Source: Trichosphaerium sp. ATCC 40318 (lineage: Eukaryota; Protista; Tubulinea). From it: a stretch of DNA of 64,000 bases. Of this stretch, positions 1 to 12,934 are shown in pieces. The translations under genes and the position numbers were made by a program. The notes beneath the pieces are model-generated. The model was not told the origin of the DNA, ran no database searches, and saw only the letters and a program-made list of their open reading frames with translations. The DNA lies in contig JALMLS010000215.1 of assembly GCA_038496445.1 (NCBI GenBank), positions 124,001-188,000 on the forward strand. Reading direction: 5' to 3'. Each line of letters opens with the position of its first letter. The first letter of the stretch is position 1.

Positions 1-1047
1 TCAAGCCATACCCGCGCGCGACCGTTAGAGCTTGATCCAGTATTTAATTGAATTTCTTGTTTCAAAGTGTGGTATCTGTTATCATCTGGAAAACGCCATT
101 TGCCTCTTCCGAGAGATTTGCCATAGTTAGGATCGCAATGATTCTCAGGGCGATTACATACACTAAAACGCACAGATTACTTGATTGCAAAAAAGTAAAA
201 TCTACGCACGTGTTAGATGGATAAGGCATGTATCCGTAAATTTCTCCATCACCATCTCTGCCTAAATAAAAAGTTAGTACAAATCGTTTTTAGACTTTTT
301 CTTACGCCACATAAACCTAGCAGAATAGCAATTTCCTGGTTGATTACCGCCACTACATTGAGAGTTTAGGTTTGTGCTTCCAGTAGTGCCATAGAGACCA
401 GGTAATTTTCCACCACGATTAAACTCGAAGTTGCTTGGTACTTTTATCTTGTAACTAAAACTAGTGAGCACAAGATCGGTGTACTGGTACAAGTCAAGCC
501 AGCAATAAAATGTCAAAATAGCAGCCAGAAAACACGCGATGGTCATGCTATACGCATAGAAAACGTATCACAATCGCTGTCGCAAAAGGGAAAGCAAAAG
601 AACTGTAGTCGGGCTTTCTGAACACCCGATTGAAACAAAACAAGCGAGTTTTACGCCCAAACGTGTTATTTCGATGCTATTTAGCGTACCTGAGGCATAT
701 TGTACGATGTGAAGAAATGTCAACCGGTACAGCAAGCATCCATACTCCACTAGCAGCAGCATGACCCTTAAAAAAATGTTAAAAAACTATCACGTGGTAT
801 AACGCGCTTGCGCTACTAGCGCCTTTTTTTAACTTACTGGAGCGTATTTTACGCGTAGTTTATCACCTTCTACGATAGTACCACCGCCTGGTGCACTTCT
901 TTGCTCTATACCGCCATGTTCTACATTCCAGTTTGATTGCCAGTTACCACCAAAGCCTCCTGTCCAAAGCGTCGCAGAACTCGCAATTTGGACGAGACTT
1001 ATGACAATAACAAGTGTCGTTATAAGTTGTGTTGTTGATTTACGCAT
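1..1047 (-). CDS. Secreted polysaccharide lyase, PL14-like (multi-exon; 3' end beyond window start)
   Basis: Signal peptide MRKSTTQLITTLVIVISLVQIASSA at ATG 1047. Spliced exons give FSYKIKVPSNFEFNRGGKLPGLYG..CSGG..YSARFMWR, the PL14 signature. Confidence 0.8.
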
Positions 1048-1328
1048 TATTAGTGCCAACACGTGGTTTTTGGTACTTTTCCGAAGATGGGGTGTGGTGT
1101 TTATGGAGCGATATCTAAAATATGGACAACTAGCGAACTAAACTATGTGATTGACTCACTTTAGCAAGTATAGCGCGCTGAGTGTGTAGGGGTATAGACT
1201 TTATCCTTAGACATGTTTATGTATCTGAGCTGTAGACAATTTCGCAATACTAGAAAATTCACACAAGAATCTAGTTTACAAATCACGTTTTCAAAACCCA
1301 CTTCATATGGTACAGCGGTGGTGACTTA

Positions 1329-1366
1329 TACCATATGAAGGCAGCTGTACCATATGAAGGCAGCTG
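1329..1366. repeat. Tandem repeat, 2 x 19 bp (TACCATATGAAGGCAGCTG)
   Basis: Exact duplication read directly. Confidence 0.9.
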
Positions 1367-1639
1367 CCTATTTCAAGGTGTCTGAGATTGGTGTACTAAA
1401 ATGTCGAAAAAAATGTCGAAAAAATGTCAAAGTGATATTGAACTGTTCGCCACAAAGGGAGACAACTGGGTTATGGCGCTCAGTCGCCGCTAGGCTCTGC
1501 CCCCCCAACCTCCCCTGAAAGGGGCTTTCTAAATAGTTCCTATGGCATAATATAGGATAATTAGTGCCTACTTTTCGACTTTTTTTTTGACAAAGTTCTA
1601 CATATTTGGGTTTCCCCTGAGATTAGCCAGACACACTTG

Positions 1640-2191
1640 TAATATTAGTAAAGATTGTAGAGTGCTTAGAGCACTCAGGTGCTTCAATACTACTTGAACC
1701 TTTTATCATGTTACACCGCTTCAAGCATAGATCATTGACGTGTATTAATGCTTTTCCTTCATCTGAAATTGATTTCCCGTCAATTATGTCAACTTTTCTA
1801 GATTGCCAACAATGTATTTGATCGTATGTCTTCCTCAATCAAGCAAAGCAAGAACGCCTGAATCTGTTATTTTTGAATATGAGACATCTATTGAGTTAAC
1901 ACCAGAAAGACAAGAATAGTCCGCTTCTGATAGAGCTTCGGGTTCACAAATAATGCGAGTGTTTTTAAGTAATGGACTGCCTTTCAGAACATGACAATCT
2001 GTTGGTACGTACAATACTAGTTCGTCAAAGCCAATGTTATTGCGAATGATGTTATTAAATAAATGACAAACTCTTGTTGTGCTTATTCGCTCCCACTTGC
2101 CCAAGTGACTCAATATCTGTGTAAGCGTCTCTGGTGGTACGTGTTGAATAGATTTAATGTGGTGATCACAATGGAGATGTTTTAGCGACAT
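1640..2191 (-). pseudogene. Pseudogene copy of the F-box-like/LRR gene at 6102
   Basis: First 118 codons nearly identical to 6102..7304, then GGA>TGA stop at 1835-1837, an internal deletion of ~165 bp and frameshifts. The 3' limit is approximate. Confidence 0.85.
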
Positions 2192-2642
2192 GGAATAGCG
2201 TCAGAGATGTGCTTGAGATAATTTGGATTGTTAAGCTAGTTGATATTAGCGAATACTGTTACTGTATCTCAGGAGTTACTTTTCCGGTTACAAGAAAGCT
2301 CAGTTTAGGTTTTGATAGCCTACAACCAACTTCCTTGTACACCAAGAGACCCGAACTTATCCTAACATAGCCATACGCTTCTTAAATAACCGTGAATAAG
2401 AGAAAAAAGACAACATTTTAAGCATTAGTAGAAACGTCGAAGTATTGACCTTTTGGAGACTCCACCTACGTGTACCTTATAATGAACCTCATACCTCATT
2501 CATATATTAATTCATGATCTTGTTACATGACTGTACTCTATTTTTTTTAACATGCGATTGAAAAGTCAGAATTTTTTGATAAACTCAGTAAAGTCATGGG
2601 TTCTTTAGAAATTTCGTTTCTTTTCATAAAAACTTGCCAACA

Positions 2643-5356
2643 ATGCACCTCTTCCTGTGTCTTATTTTACTTGTTTTATCTACAAACGTTATATCACAAA
2701 CTATAACTACGTTACATAATGATCTGACGGTTGAAGAGCGTACTGAGTGTGATTCGTACTCATACTTCTCTTTCGAAGTAACCGAATACTGCTCTGACCT
2801 TCGTATACACATTGAAAGGATCGAAGGTATTTGTTGTCATCATATAACGTTGAAATCCTTAAAACTCTTAGGAGAACCCGATTTATACGTCAGTAAAGCG
2901 CCTATACGTTATCCCACGTTAGATCATTTAACGTGGACGTCTTACGGTTAGTTAAAACGGTTTGGACTCTAAAACGTTTGCTGACGTTATGACCTTAGAA
3001 TGGGGTGATGATGATATGATTATAAGCCACTGGGATCCTGAATTTGATATTGGCACTTTCTATATTGGCGTTCTGAGCTACTGTGGCACTGAAGTAAATG
3101 GTACCTCAAGTCTATTTTGTTTTATTGGTTTTTTCACTTTAAACTTACTGTCTTTAGATGGTAGACCCGCCATTTATAACATAACAGCTAGCTTAGTACC
3201 ACCAACATGTACGCCATTGCCTGTAGTTTGTTTCAACTGAGCGAATGGATGTTGTTTAACACTAACAACTTTGAATAGATAATATTTTACATGCCCCTAT
3301 TGTGAATAATCCTCTTGTTGCCAACGGCTACACCCACCATAAGTTCTGTGTTCCAAAACCTGCTTCTGAAGGTATGTTTAATCTATGTTTACTAGTGACT
3401 CTTTGCTTATTATTGATTGTAGACATATGCACAGACATTCGTGTTACTCTTGATAATGATCTGTCAATATCATTTCCTGAATTGCTTGTTTCGCAATCTC
3501 ATGTTGAACCACTATTGAAAGGTCATAGTTGGAAACTCGCTGATATTGTTAGAAGACATGTTGATATCAAACATAATGACCCTGACTTTCGATACGGACA
3601 CTATTTTGTATCAGGTAAGATCAAAAACCAGCACCTAAATATTTTTCCTATTTTTTTCAACACTCAATCTTGAGCTCACGTGTTCTTAAAATTGAGATGT
3701 AAAGTCATTTTAACGCTGACAACGTGGCTAATTTTATTGTAGTGTTTGGATGGTGTACTCCTGTTGGTGAGTGTGGCGTTCCTGATGAAAATTGTACTTC
3801 GAGCTGTACAAGAGTTTCTGAAGACGCCTACAACTTGACTGTTTCACTCACACAGATACCTTGTGAAGAAACACCAAAATTAGTACCTAAAAGTCAAGAA
3901 ATCCTCTTAAACGCAACAACAAAAACAGGAGAAGCTGATGTACGCTACAGTTAAGTCATGCAAGCCTTAATTATTTTGTTTTCTTAGTGTGACACCTATA
4001 CGTACTATAAGATTAAAGTATTGGAAGAATGTCATGATCTACGTATTCAAGTCAATACTATAGAAGGCCAGCCAAACTTATATGTAGGAAAGTACCCTGT
4101 CAAGTACGTTGAGGCGAATTTAGTTGTTTTTTCTTAACTTTTTCTTACATACTCTAGAAACCCTACCTTGGATCATTTAACATGGACTTCGTATGATTGG
4201 GGCGATGAAGATATGACAATATCTCATTGGGACCCTGAGTTCGAGAAGGCAAGGCTTTTATGAGCTCGCTTGTTTTAGTACTAACCCAAACAACTAGGGA
4301 GACTTTTACATTGGCGTTCATGCGTATTGTGGTGAAGACATAAATGACAGACGTCCCGCAAAATATAATATTACAGCTTCAATATTACCTGGTGCGTGAA
4401 TATATTATCGATTGGTTGCGGGATATTCCTGTTGAGGCGCTTTGGATGTGTTCTTGGCAAGGGATTTTTTTTAACTCTTTTATTTTTTTAGCACCATCAA
4501 ATGTACTGTTTGAACCGGTTGACAACAACCCTCTTGTAGCCAATGGTTTTGAATACCATCAATTCTGTGTAGATAGATCCGATAGAGATGTTTTAATAAC
4601 TCTCGAAAATGACCTCACAAAGTCCTTTCCAGAACTTCTTGTATCCAGGTAAAAGTTTGTTCCTTTTTTGTTTCTTTATTTAGCTCTGTTCTATTAGAAG
4701 CATTGTCAAGCCTAATCTGAATTCGCATTCATGGAAACTGGCTCAAATTGAAAGAAGACATGTTCTGATCAAACACGACGATCCAGACTTCAGACCAGGT
4801 TTGTCATAAATGTTTTGTTTTTTATTCTAAAACAAGTTCAAAGGACATTTCTTTGTTTCAGTGTACGGTTGGTGTACGCCTATAGGCCAATGTGGTGTAC
4901 CAGATGACCAATGTTCTTCATCTTGCAGACATGTTGCAACAGATTCCTATAACCTCAAGGCACGTGATATTTTACTAGTGAAGTTTCTTAAATTTTTCTT
5001 GTAAAAAGGTAGAATATGTCGAACCAGGAATGACAACGACCATTGCTCCAGTTGTAGTTAGTGAACCCGTCACTCCTCCGACATCAAGTTCGCCAGAAGT
5101 TATAATATCACCACAAGGCGATAGTTACAAAGGTACATCTATTTCTTTGCCAGCTACTTACGTGTATTGTAGGAGTAGCAATAGCTGCGATAATTATTGC
5201 TTTGATTGTATGGAATTACTTGAAAATGTCTCGTTCTCTGTGTTATCTTACCAACTCTTTTAGGCTGTAATCTTGGTGGGTTTTATGTTAGTATTTATGC
5301 GATTCCACTACATGAAAACACCTGCGAAGAATGTGGCCAGCATGCACGAAGTATAA
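2643..5356 (+). CDS. Type I membrane protein with a duplicated extracellular module (PPC-like beta-sandwich pairs), ~16 exons
   Basis: Signal peptide; two copies of ..DLRI..EG.P.LYV.K.P..PTLDHLTWTSY.WGD.DM.ISHWDPEF..G.FYIGV..YCG and NNPLVANG..SFPELLVS..HSWKLA..RRHV.IKH.DPDFR; S/T/P stalk; TM segment VAIAAIIIALIAVILVGFMLVFM; TAA at 5354-5356. Confidence 0.8.
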
Positions 5357-6101
5357 GACACTCAAGGAACAAGAACACTCAACTTTTGCATTTCTTTTAA
5401 ATTTTTTTTTTTGCAAGTCTAGAGGTGCTCTTTTACTAGCTTGTCAGTGATGATATCTTTTATCACCTGTCATAGTATTAGTAATAGGGCTGAGATTATA
5501 CTCTTTAAACCTGATCGTCGTAATTGGCGCGAAGGGAAGGCTTGCAAAGAAAAGGAAAACCAAAAAAAAAAAAACAAAAACAAAACAAAAAAAATAATAA
5601 TAATAAAAAACCTGTTGAGTGTTACGCGTGTTTCAATATCATTGTCAAGTATTGTCGCTAGATATATACGGTTATAGATATATAGTTTAGTATATAATAT
5701 AGTATATCTATATATGTTTAGAAAAAGTTTTACTCGCTTCTAAAGCCACGTTTTTGAGGATTATTGAAAAAGATTCCAACGTTTTGTTCTTTGAAAGCTG
5801 CTTAACTTTTTCTCAAATCTCGAACTCCTTTACAATACTTGCTCAACCCTCGCTGTAACATGATGCTAAAGGAAGTTTGTAGTAAATTGCGTCTAACTAA
5901 ACGCTTACACTACCTCCACATTCCCAGTAAAACAGTCATGTTGTAGCTCATTTTAAATAAAAATAAGCGCCATAAAAACCATAAAAAGCACATCACGCAT
6001 TGGGCGAGGTGATGAATAGCACACGCGAAAATTCGCGACCTGATTTTCCATTTTAACCCCCCATTACGTAATATATCGTAGACACGGAAATAACAATTGC
6101 T

Positions 6102-7304
6102 ATGTCGCTAAAACATCTCCAATGTGAAGAATACATTAAATCTATTCAACACGTGCCACCAGAGACGCTTACACAGATACTGAGTCACTTGGGCAAGTGG
6201 GAGCGAATAAGCACAACAAGAGTTTGTCATTTATTTAATAATGTCATTCGCAATAACATTGGCTTTGACAAACTATTATTGTATGTACCAACAGATTGTC
6301 ATGTTCTGAAAGGCAGTCCATTACTTAAAAACACTCGCATTATTTGTAAACCCGAAGCTCTATCAGAAGCGGACTATTCTTGTCTTTCTGGTGTTAACTC
6401 AATAGATGTCTCATATTCAAAAATAACAGATTCAGGCGTTCTTGATTTGCTTGATGGAGGAAGGCATACGATCAAATACATTGATTTGACAGACACACAA
6501 ATAACAGATGTTTCATTAAAAGCACTCAGAGGTGTAAAGGAAATTCACCTTGCGAGGTGTACGAATATTACTGTTCAAGGTATCAAGCACCTCAATAATG
6601 CACGTGATATTACACTCCAGAATCCTTTGGATTCGTGGCTTCAACACCTCGGCAATCTAAACAAAGTTGACATAAATAAAGGGGAATCTGTTTCAGATGA
6701 AGGAATCAAAGCATTAATACATGTCAATGATCTAAGCTTGAGATGGTGTAAAATGATAACAGACTCAGGCTTGAAGCAATTGACTGATGTACGGCACCTT
6801 GGAATCTTTCGCAGTTCTATGATTACAAGTATACCTTTGGCTAATCTCAGACACCTTAAAATATTCATGTGTGGTAATATCACGGATGAAGGTTTGAAGG
6901 AGTTGATAAATCTTGAGACACTTCATGTCGTTGATTGCCCGAAGATTACAAGCATAACATTGGCTAATCTCAGACACCTTAGAATGCGCAAGAGTGATAT
7001 TACAGGTGAAGGTTTGAAGAAGTTGGACAATCTTGAGACACTTGAAATCAATAATTGTGATATGATTACAAGTGTACCATTGACTAACCTAAGACACCTT
7101 GACCTATTCTTATGTCATGAAATTATGGATGAAGGTTTGATGAAGTTGATCAATCTTGAGACACTTAATGTCGTTAATTGTTACTATATTCATGCTGATT
7201 GTTTAAAACACTTGAAATCTGTCAAGCATATTTCTGCCTCTCAACAAGGCCATACTAATCCTATAAAATATGAAGCTGAGAAATTGGGTATCACTGTAAA
7301 ATAA
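6102..7304 (+). CDS. Intronless F-box-like + leucine-rich repeat protein
   Basis: N-terminal VPPETLTQILSHL..RVCHLFN (F-box-like); repeats such as LRHLxIxxCxxITDEGL. Confidence 0.85.
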   Translation: MSLKHLQCEEYIKSIQHVPPETLTQILSHLGKWERISTTRVCHLFNNVIRNNIGFDKLLLYVPTDCHVLKGSPLLKNTRIICKPEALSEADYSCLSGVNSIDVSYSKITDSGVLDLLDGGRHTIKYIDLTDTQITDVSLKALRGVKEIHLARCTNITVQGIKHLNNARDITLQNPLDSWLQHLGNLNKVDINKGESVSDEGIKALIHVNDLSLRWCKMITDSGLKQLTDVRHLGIFRSSMITSIPLANLRHLKIFMCGNITDEGLKELINLETLHVVDCPKITSITLANLRHLRMRKSDITGEGLKKLDNLETLEINNCDMITSVPLTNLRHLDLFLCHEIMDEGLMKLINLETLNVVNCYYIHADCLKHLKSVKHISASQQGHTNPIKYEAEKLGITVK

Positions 7305-7664
7305 TAAGGAGATCACAAACAAAAACATGTCAAGTAAACAATTATCAGCAAAAAATCAGTCTGTTTCTGTTTTTATCACTCAATAACCTACCTCTAGAGG
7401 CGTAAAAATAGTTGACGGCAATTATGCAATGACTACAATGTACTCGGAAAAGGTTGTGGTTTTATCGACTTTTAATGGTCTCAGCTTCGTGACCCAGCGG
7501 TCAGAGCCAAGAGAAGGTCATCCTCCAATCAGGTGTAGCTTTTGTGTGTAGCACCCAATGGGCGATAGGGATGTAACGTTTGAAAATTAACCTTAACGTC
7601 AACTCTGAACTTGCTAGATTGATTTTATTTCGATGCAGTTTCAAAAGCGGAACTTTGAGAAGAT

Positions 7665-7865
7665 GTGATGATGAAGGAATCAAAGCATTAATACATGTCA
7701 CCCATTGCTCCTTGACATGGTGTGAAAACATCACAGGCTCAGTTTTTAAGCTCTTAACTGAGCTATCGCACCTCATCTGCACTGTTATACGATTATAAAA
7801 ATGTGTTTGGCTACTCTCAGCCACCTTCAAATACGCGACAATATAACGGATGAAGGTTTGAAGTA
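7665..7865 (+). pseudogene. LRR remnant related to the 6102 gene
   Basis: GATGAAGGAATCAAAGCATTAATACATGTC is identical to 6696-6725; degenerate ITGS/TDEGLK pieces follow. Limits approximate. Confidence 0.65.
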
Positions 7866-7991
7866 ATAGGTTATTCTGGATACTGCAATGAATCAAAATC
7901 AGCATTGGTAGTGCTTCCATTGAAGAAGTTGCTTCTTTGTTGTTGTAGCACAAGGAAAGAACCATTCACTTCTTTTGATATCTTTATTTGT

Positions 7992-8681
7992 TTAAAACTT
8001 TACATGACACTTAAGACTCACAACTGGTTTAATCTCTTGTCCAATAGCAAGACGCCATTCTTTAATTGATTTAGGAAGAGCCAGAGTTTTCAAAGTATTG
8101 AACTTATCTTGATAGAACTGTAGGATACTCTTGTTAAAATCTAAAGTCAAATACAAAAGAATCCCAGAAAAAGTAGAAGCTTGAGAGAACCCACTTATAT
8201 GCTTAGACAAAAAGCTATCATCACAAGAAAGAACACCAAATAAACATCCTTTTCTTAAGTTCTTAAGGACCCACGTGATACTACCACTTCTGAAAGGTTC
8301 TCCAACCCAAAATTTATCAACTCTGTTTCCACCTGGCCTTATACTTTGAAGACTTCTGTTTTCTATAATCTTACGAGGTAGTAGATTGTATCTATCTATA
8401 ACAGACGCTAGTAGAATGTCTTTATGGCAATGTATCAATAATAGTGGTTCAATAAGCTGTTCTTGTATGCCTACGCCTCTGAGACAGTTCAAAACGGTGT
8501 TGAAAAGCTTTGGATCAACATCTAAGAATATTCGGTCATTATCGTCTTTTGGAAGGGTTTCGTCCCATCTACCACTGAACATTGATGATAAAAGAGATCC
8601 TGGTATTGCGCAGAGAGTAGTACGTGTTGTCGTAATAGTTTTCCCACCCACGTTCAGTTCTACCAGCTCTTTGTTTTCCAT
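7992..8681 (-). CDS. BTB/POZ (KCTD/T1-type) domain protein, intronless
   Basis: VELNVGGKTITTTRTTLCAIPGSLLSSMFSGRW..IFLDVDPKLFNTVLNCLR. Confidence 0.9.
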   Translation of the reverse strand: MENKELVELNVGGKTITTTRTTLCAIPGSLLSSMFSGRWDETLPKDDNDRIFLDVDPKLFNTVLNCLRGVGIQEQLIEPLLLIHCHKDILLASVIDRYNLLPRKIIENRSLQSIRPGGNRVDKFWVGEPFRSGSITWVLKNLRKGCLFGVLSCDDSFLSKHISGFSQASTFSGILLYLTLDFNKSILQFYQDKFNTLKTLALPKSIKEWRLAIGQEIKPVVSLKCHVKF

Positions 8682-9537
8682 TGAATTGCCCTTTCAACAA
8701 ACCCACGTGTTCTGGAGTTGCCCGAAAATATACGAAATCTGTTGTACTACGACTCTTTTAACTTACGTTTCATAGAACCCAAAAAGATAGATTGGACAAC
8801 ATTGTCAATATAAGGGATACGCGCTTTGGAGGAAAGGCGCTCAGTCTTTGGTGGCTCTAGCGTAGCCACACGAGCGGATTTATTCTACATTTAAGATTAC
8901 TCGTGTTTGAAGACAAATTTTTTGAAGAAAAAGAGAAAAGGATTTTAGGGTGACTCGCCATTGTCTTGTTGTCTATTGTGTCCTTCGATATTGAAAGTCT
9001 TGCCCAGTCCAAACGCTTGAAATGTTCCACTTCTTCATTACAGCATTGGTACTACACATTCCTATGTTTTTACAGAGTAGTTCTGGCTCAATTCATATTT
9101 CAGTTACCCAGAATAAAAAGAGAAGTATTGGTGGTTTATAATGCTCAAGTGAACAGGAGAAAGTTAGGCCTTGGGCAATTATTGAACACCATCGAATGAT
9201 TCCATTGCATTTAGCATAGATATTAATCCAATAAATTGAAGAAAACCTGTTTAAAACCCTCAACCTTCACTATTCTATTAATAGGTAGTTTTCAGGCTCA
9301 TTTTCTTCGTTTTATTTGCAGCCCATTTTCGCGTAATGTCCAATTTCTTTTTGAATCTTTCGAAACAAAGGTGTAAACAGTCATTAGCATGAGTGAGGTA
9401 AAGAGCAAACCAAATCAAATGGTAACCAACAAAACACTAGAAAAAGAAGCTATCGTTTAGTTGCACGTTTTACGAACCAAAACATCGTAGATAAGGTTCC
9501 TATGCGTGTAAATAGCTATTGCAAGCGTTTGTGAGCC

Positions 9538-9763
9538 TTTTGAAATGTGCATTATCCTATTTGAGTAATTGCAATAGAATTTCAGTGAAGTGGAACAATG
9601 CAACACCAGAAAAAGAAGTTCTCGCTTGCAGTCACGTTTTTTGAACCAAAACTTTGCTGCTATGGTTTCCAAGTGTTTAAATAGCGTGCACAAGCCTTCA
9701 CTAGCGTTTTGAAATGTGCATTATCCATATTTGAGTAATTATAATAGAATTTTCAGTGAAGTG
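9538..9763. repeat. Direct repeat of ~55 bp (9538-9592 and 9707-9763)
   Basis: TTTTGAAATGTGCATTATCC(A)TATTTGAGTAATT..AATAGAATTT(T)CAGTGAAGTG occurs twice. Confidence 0.85.
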
Positions 9764-10577
9764 CAGTCTGTATCCCACAATTTATTTCTGAGTAGTTTTT
9801 ATGGGTATAAAATGAAACGAATATATCTTGTAAATTGTAGTAGTTGCAGTGTGTGCGCCACGCGTGGGGCTTCCTAGCCATTTGGTCGAAAATATTTAAG
9901 GGAGTCCTCCGTCTAGCTTAGTGGGTGTATGCATTGCGAGGTGGAGTTGACAAAGTTCCATCTTAATCCGACGTAGTGTGAAAGCTTGAATCGTTACATT
10001 AGCCAGCATGTCCTCGTAAGTAGCACGTAATTAACTTAGGAACTCGGTCTGGGCCAAGAAAATTATAAGGTCCGATACAGAGGTGAGTTCTGCCGTTAGG
10101 GAAAAGCTCTATATAAACTTTGATTAGGTGATAATGCCTATGATCGTTCTTTTTGTTCAACACCATTTTATAAATGGTAAGACAAGAGTTTTCTATGTAT
10201 AAGCAGAACAATACGCAGGTTTTATTCTTCAAAAATCTTATTATCTTTACTGCTTAATCTAAAATAAAGTTTGCTAGTGATTAATGAGTATCCTTAAAGT
10301 GGTGCAGCTGTTTGATACATGGCACAATCAATATAAGTGGAAATGTTTGGAATTTTCTTGATTTGCAACTTCATTTTACAAATTCTCACTCGACAACTCT
10401 TCTTTTCTTTACTTTTTCTAATTAGTTCACTATGCTATTCTTGCTTTTAACAAAACATCGAGTAACAAGACTATCCTATTGACGACAACAATATCGAGAA
10501 CAAAAACAATATTAAACTATAGGTAATAATTGATGTATTAATATTTGTTGTATTTATTGAGTACATGATTTACTATT

Positions 10578-12500
10578 TTACACGGTTGAGCTTGCATCAA
10601 TAACCTCTTCAACTTTTGACCTTAAATTAATTGATTGTGATCTTGGTCTTACATGTGATAATTGTCCACTTGAGGTACTTGTTGTTTTGTTTTTTGGAGG
10701 AATGAAACTTACTGCTTGTGTGATAGAAAGTGCACTAAACAATGTGTGAACTTCAACTAACAAACAAACGTTAATGACAGGATTTGATTGATATGGCGGC
10801 CAGAATATCCACAACACTCCGTTTAATCCAATGTTAACCATAATGAATAACGTCAATGAAACACGTGTGAACAATCTTATCATCATGTTTCTATCACGAG
10901 CACTTGCATTCATACTTCTTAGTCTTCTCCATAGTTTGTATGCTATGATTGTAAAGTATGTCATTATACCCGTGTTTGCTATTGTGTGGAAGCCAGCTGT
11001 TACCACAAACGAGAGATTTGTTATTGGAAATAGTGCAACGCGTAGTATTGCCATTATAGTCTCAAATGCGACGATAATACCAGAAAAGATGTAAAAAGGT
11101 ATTGCAAGTTTTTTTAAATATGGTGTCACTTCAAGACTTAATGAAATCATCGATTCGTGCCAATAGAGGACAATCAAAAGGTTAGATATGTTAGAAAACA
11201 TTGTATTGTATATCTGGAATATCTCGTTATACCTAAAGGGATGCGTCAGTCATCTGTTTTAGTCAAAAACAAAGTATCCATTTTTCTACCAAATGCAAGT
11301 TCTCTGTTCTAAAATAGCGACTGGCACGTGCAGCGGAACGATTTGGCGCTGGTTGAGTATTTTACGCGTACCATCTGTAGACGAAGAATAAATGTCCGAA
11401 AGGATCAGGAACAACCCAAACCAGTCTCATAAAGTTACCACATATTTCGATAAACAGAGCAACCTTTGGTAGTGACACACGATAACCATCCCGAACTATA
11501 AATTGTGTCAATCTACAATGTTGTTAGTCTGAACTTTGTGTCTTCGTCGATTTTACGCACCTTACTAATGCTACAGTGAGTGCAGCAAGCGACGTTACTA
11601 TGAGAAATACCTGGGCAACTTGAAAGCGTAAGTAAGCAAACTAATAAAGACAATATGCTCTGTAGTACCTATAAGCCAGGGGCTGCTAAAGACAGTGTAC
11701 CAACGATTTTCATTGTACAAGAAGGTCACTGTAGAGTTATTTGGTATTGAAGAGAAATGTCTTTGAGCCATCACAACAATACCAAGGTCTGATAAATCAC
11801 CTATAGATAGGACATAAGACAGCTTTACAATTGGTAGAAAAGCATAAAATGGTAATCGTACTCAGCTTAATCAAAGTCCCCATGCCGATCCTTAAATCAT
11901 CTCTCGATTTAAAGTACTCTACAATACCAATAGCGCCTTGTGATTCCCATTCCTTGTACTTTTTTCGATCATCAGGGTAGATAGCAAACACCGCTTTTCC
12001 TAAAAAAAGACATAAATATAAAAATAATGACTTGTTGATGATGAAAATGACACATGTTTGCCATATCGAGCCTTAATTCGAATGTCGATCATAATTATTA
12101 CGACAAGTTTTTTATTCCGAAAACTAAACAGCCAGTTTTTGGGAGCTTTTTTTTTGAAAAAGTCCGATAGTTCTGTGGATAGTAGATTAAATAAATTAAA
12201 CTCACCGGTAATATTAACACCATCATACGGTCTTACAAGAGAAGCGTTGAATGATTCGAAAAAGACTTGAGCATTTCTTTCAAAGTAATACGGTACACCT
12301 GTATACTCCTCGGAGGTACCTTAAACGCTGTGTTTGTGACAAAGCGATCCGAAATACAAAAAAAAAGACAAATAGATTACAACTTGGGAGGCAGTTCTAG
12401 AGCGTCAATTGTGCTTTCCGGACGTACCATTGGTCGTAATTATTAAATTTGAAAGTGAAAAGCCGATAAATACACAGAGGAATAGATAAGGTTCATACAT
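10578..12500 (-). CDS. 7TM receptor-like protein with extracellular (PA-like) N-terminal domain, paralog 1
   Basis: Seven exons read by eye; signal peptide MYEPYLFLCVFIGFSLS; ~7 hydrophobic helices including LLIVLYWHE; Ser-rich tail. Confidence 0.8.
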
Positions 12501-12862
12501 CGATCAATCGCTCCAAATATGTACACTGAATCGTTCTAATGTGCTTTCAAGGTGTTTTGTGTGTGCCTTACTTAAGTGTTGACGTCAATCCACGAAATGT
12601 GTTGTGCTGTAGTAACACGTTATTTGTGAACGTATAGTACAGTCACGGAGTTCTTCACATGACTGAACCTATCAACTTGTCAACTTGATAAAAAATTTGC
12701 ATCTACTCGCGTAGTTCACAAGGTTTGCTTGCTATGACGCTTCTAGAACAGAAATATACACATTAAGGAGTTAGCTACAAAGTTCTTCGACAGACCTTAA
12801 AAATAAAGGTTCTCGCTGCAACCCGGATTTCATTTAAGGCGCAGTATTTAGAGCGTAAAGGG

Positions 12863-12934
12863 AAAATCAGGAAGGTTGGAAAATCGCCATCATACTTCCG
12901 TCACATTTCCAGATTTTCCAACCTTCCCGATTTT
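12863..12934. repeat. Inverted repeat, 23-bp arms with 26-nt spacer
   Basis: AAAATCAGGAAGGTTGGAAAATC / GATTTTCCAACCTTCCCGATTTT, 22 of 23 complementary. Confidence 0.85.

Noticed and set aside
9850-10110. GC-richer intergenic stretch with GTGGGGCTTCC, reminiscent of an RNase MRP 3' motif
   Set aside because: No upstream GAAAGUCCCC-type partner for helix P4.
10288-10295. GTATCCTT, a perfect U12 donor
   Set aside because: Intergenic, with no exon or branch-site context found.
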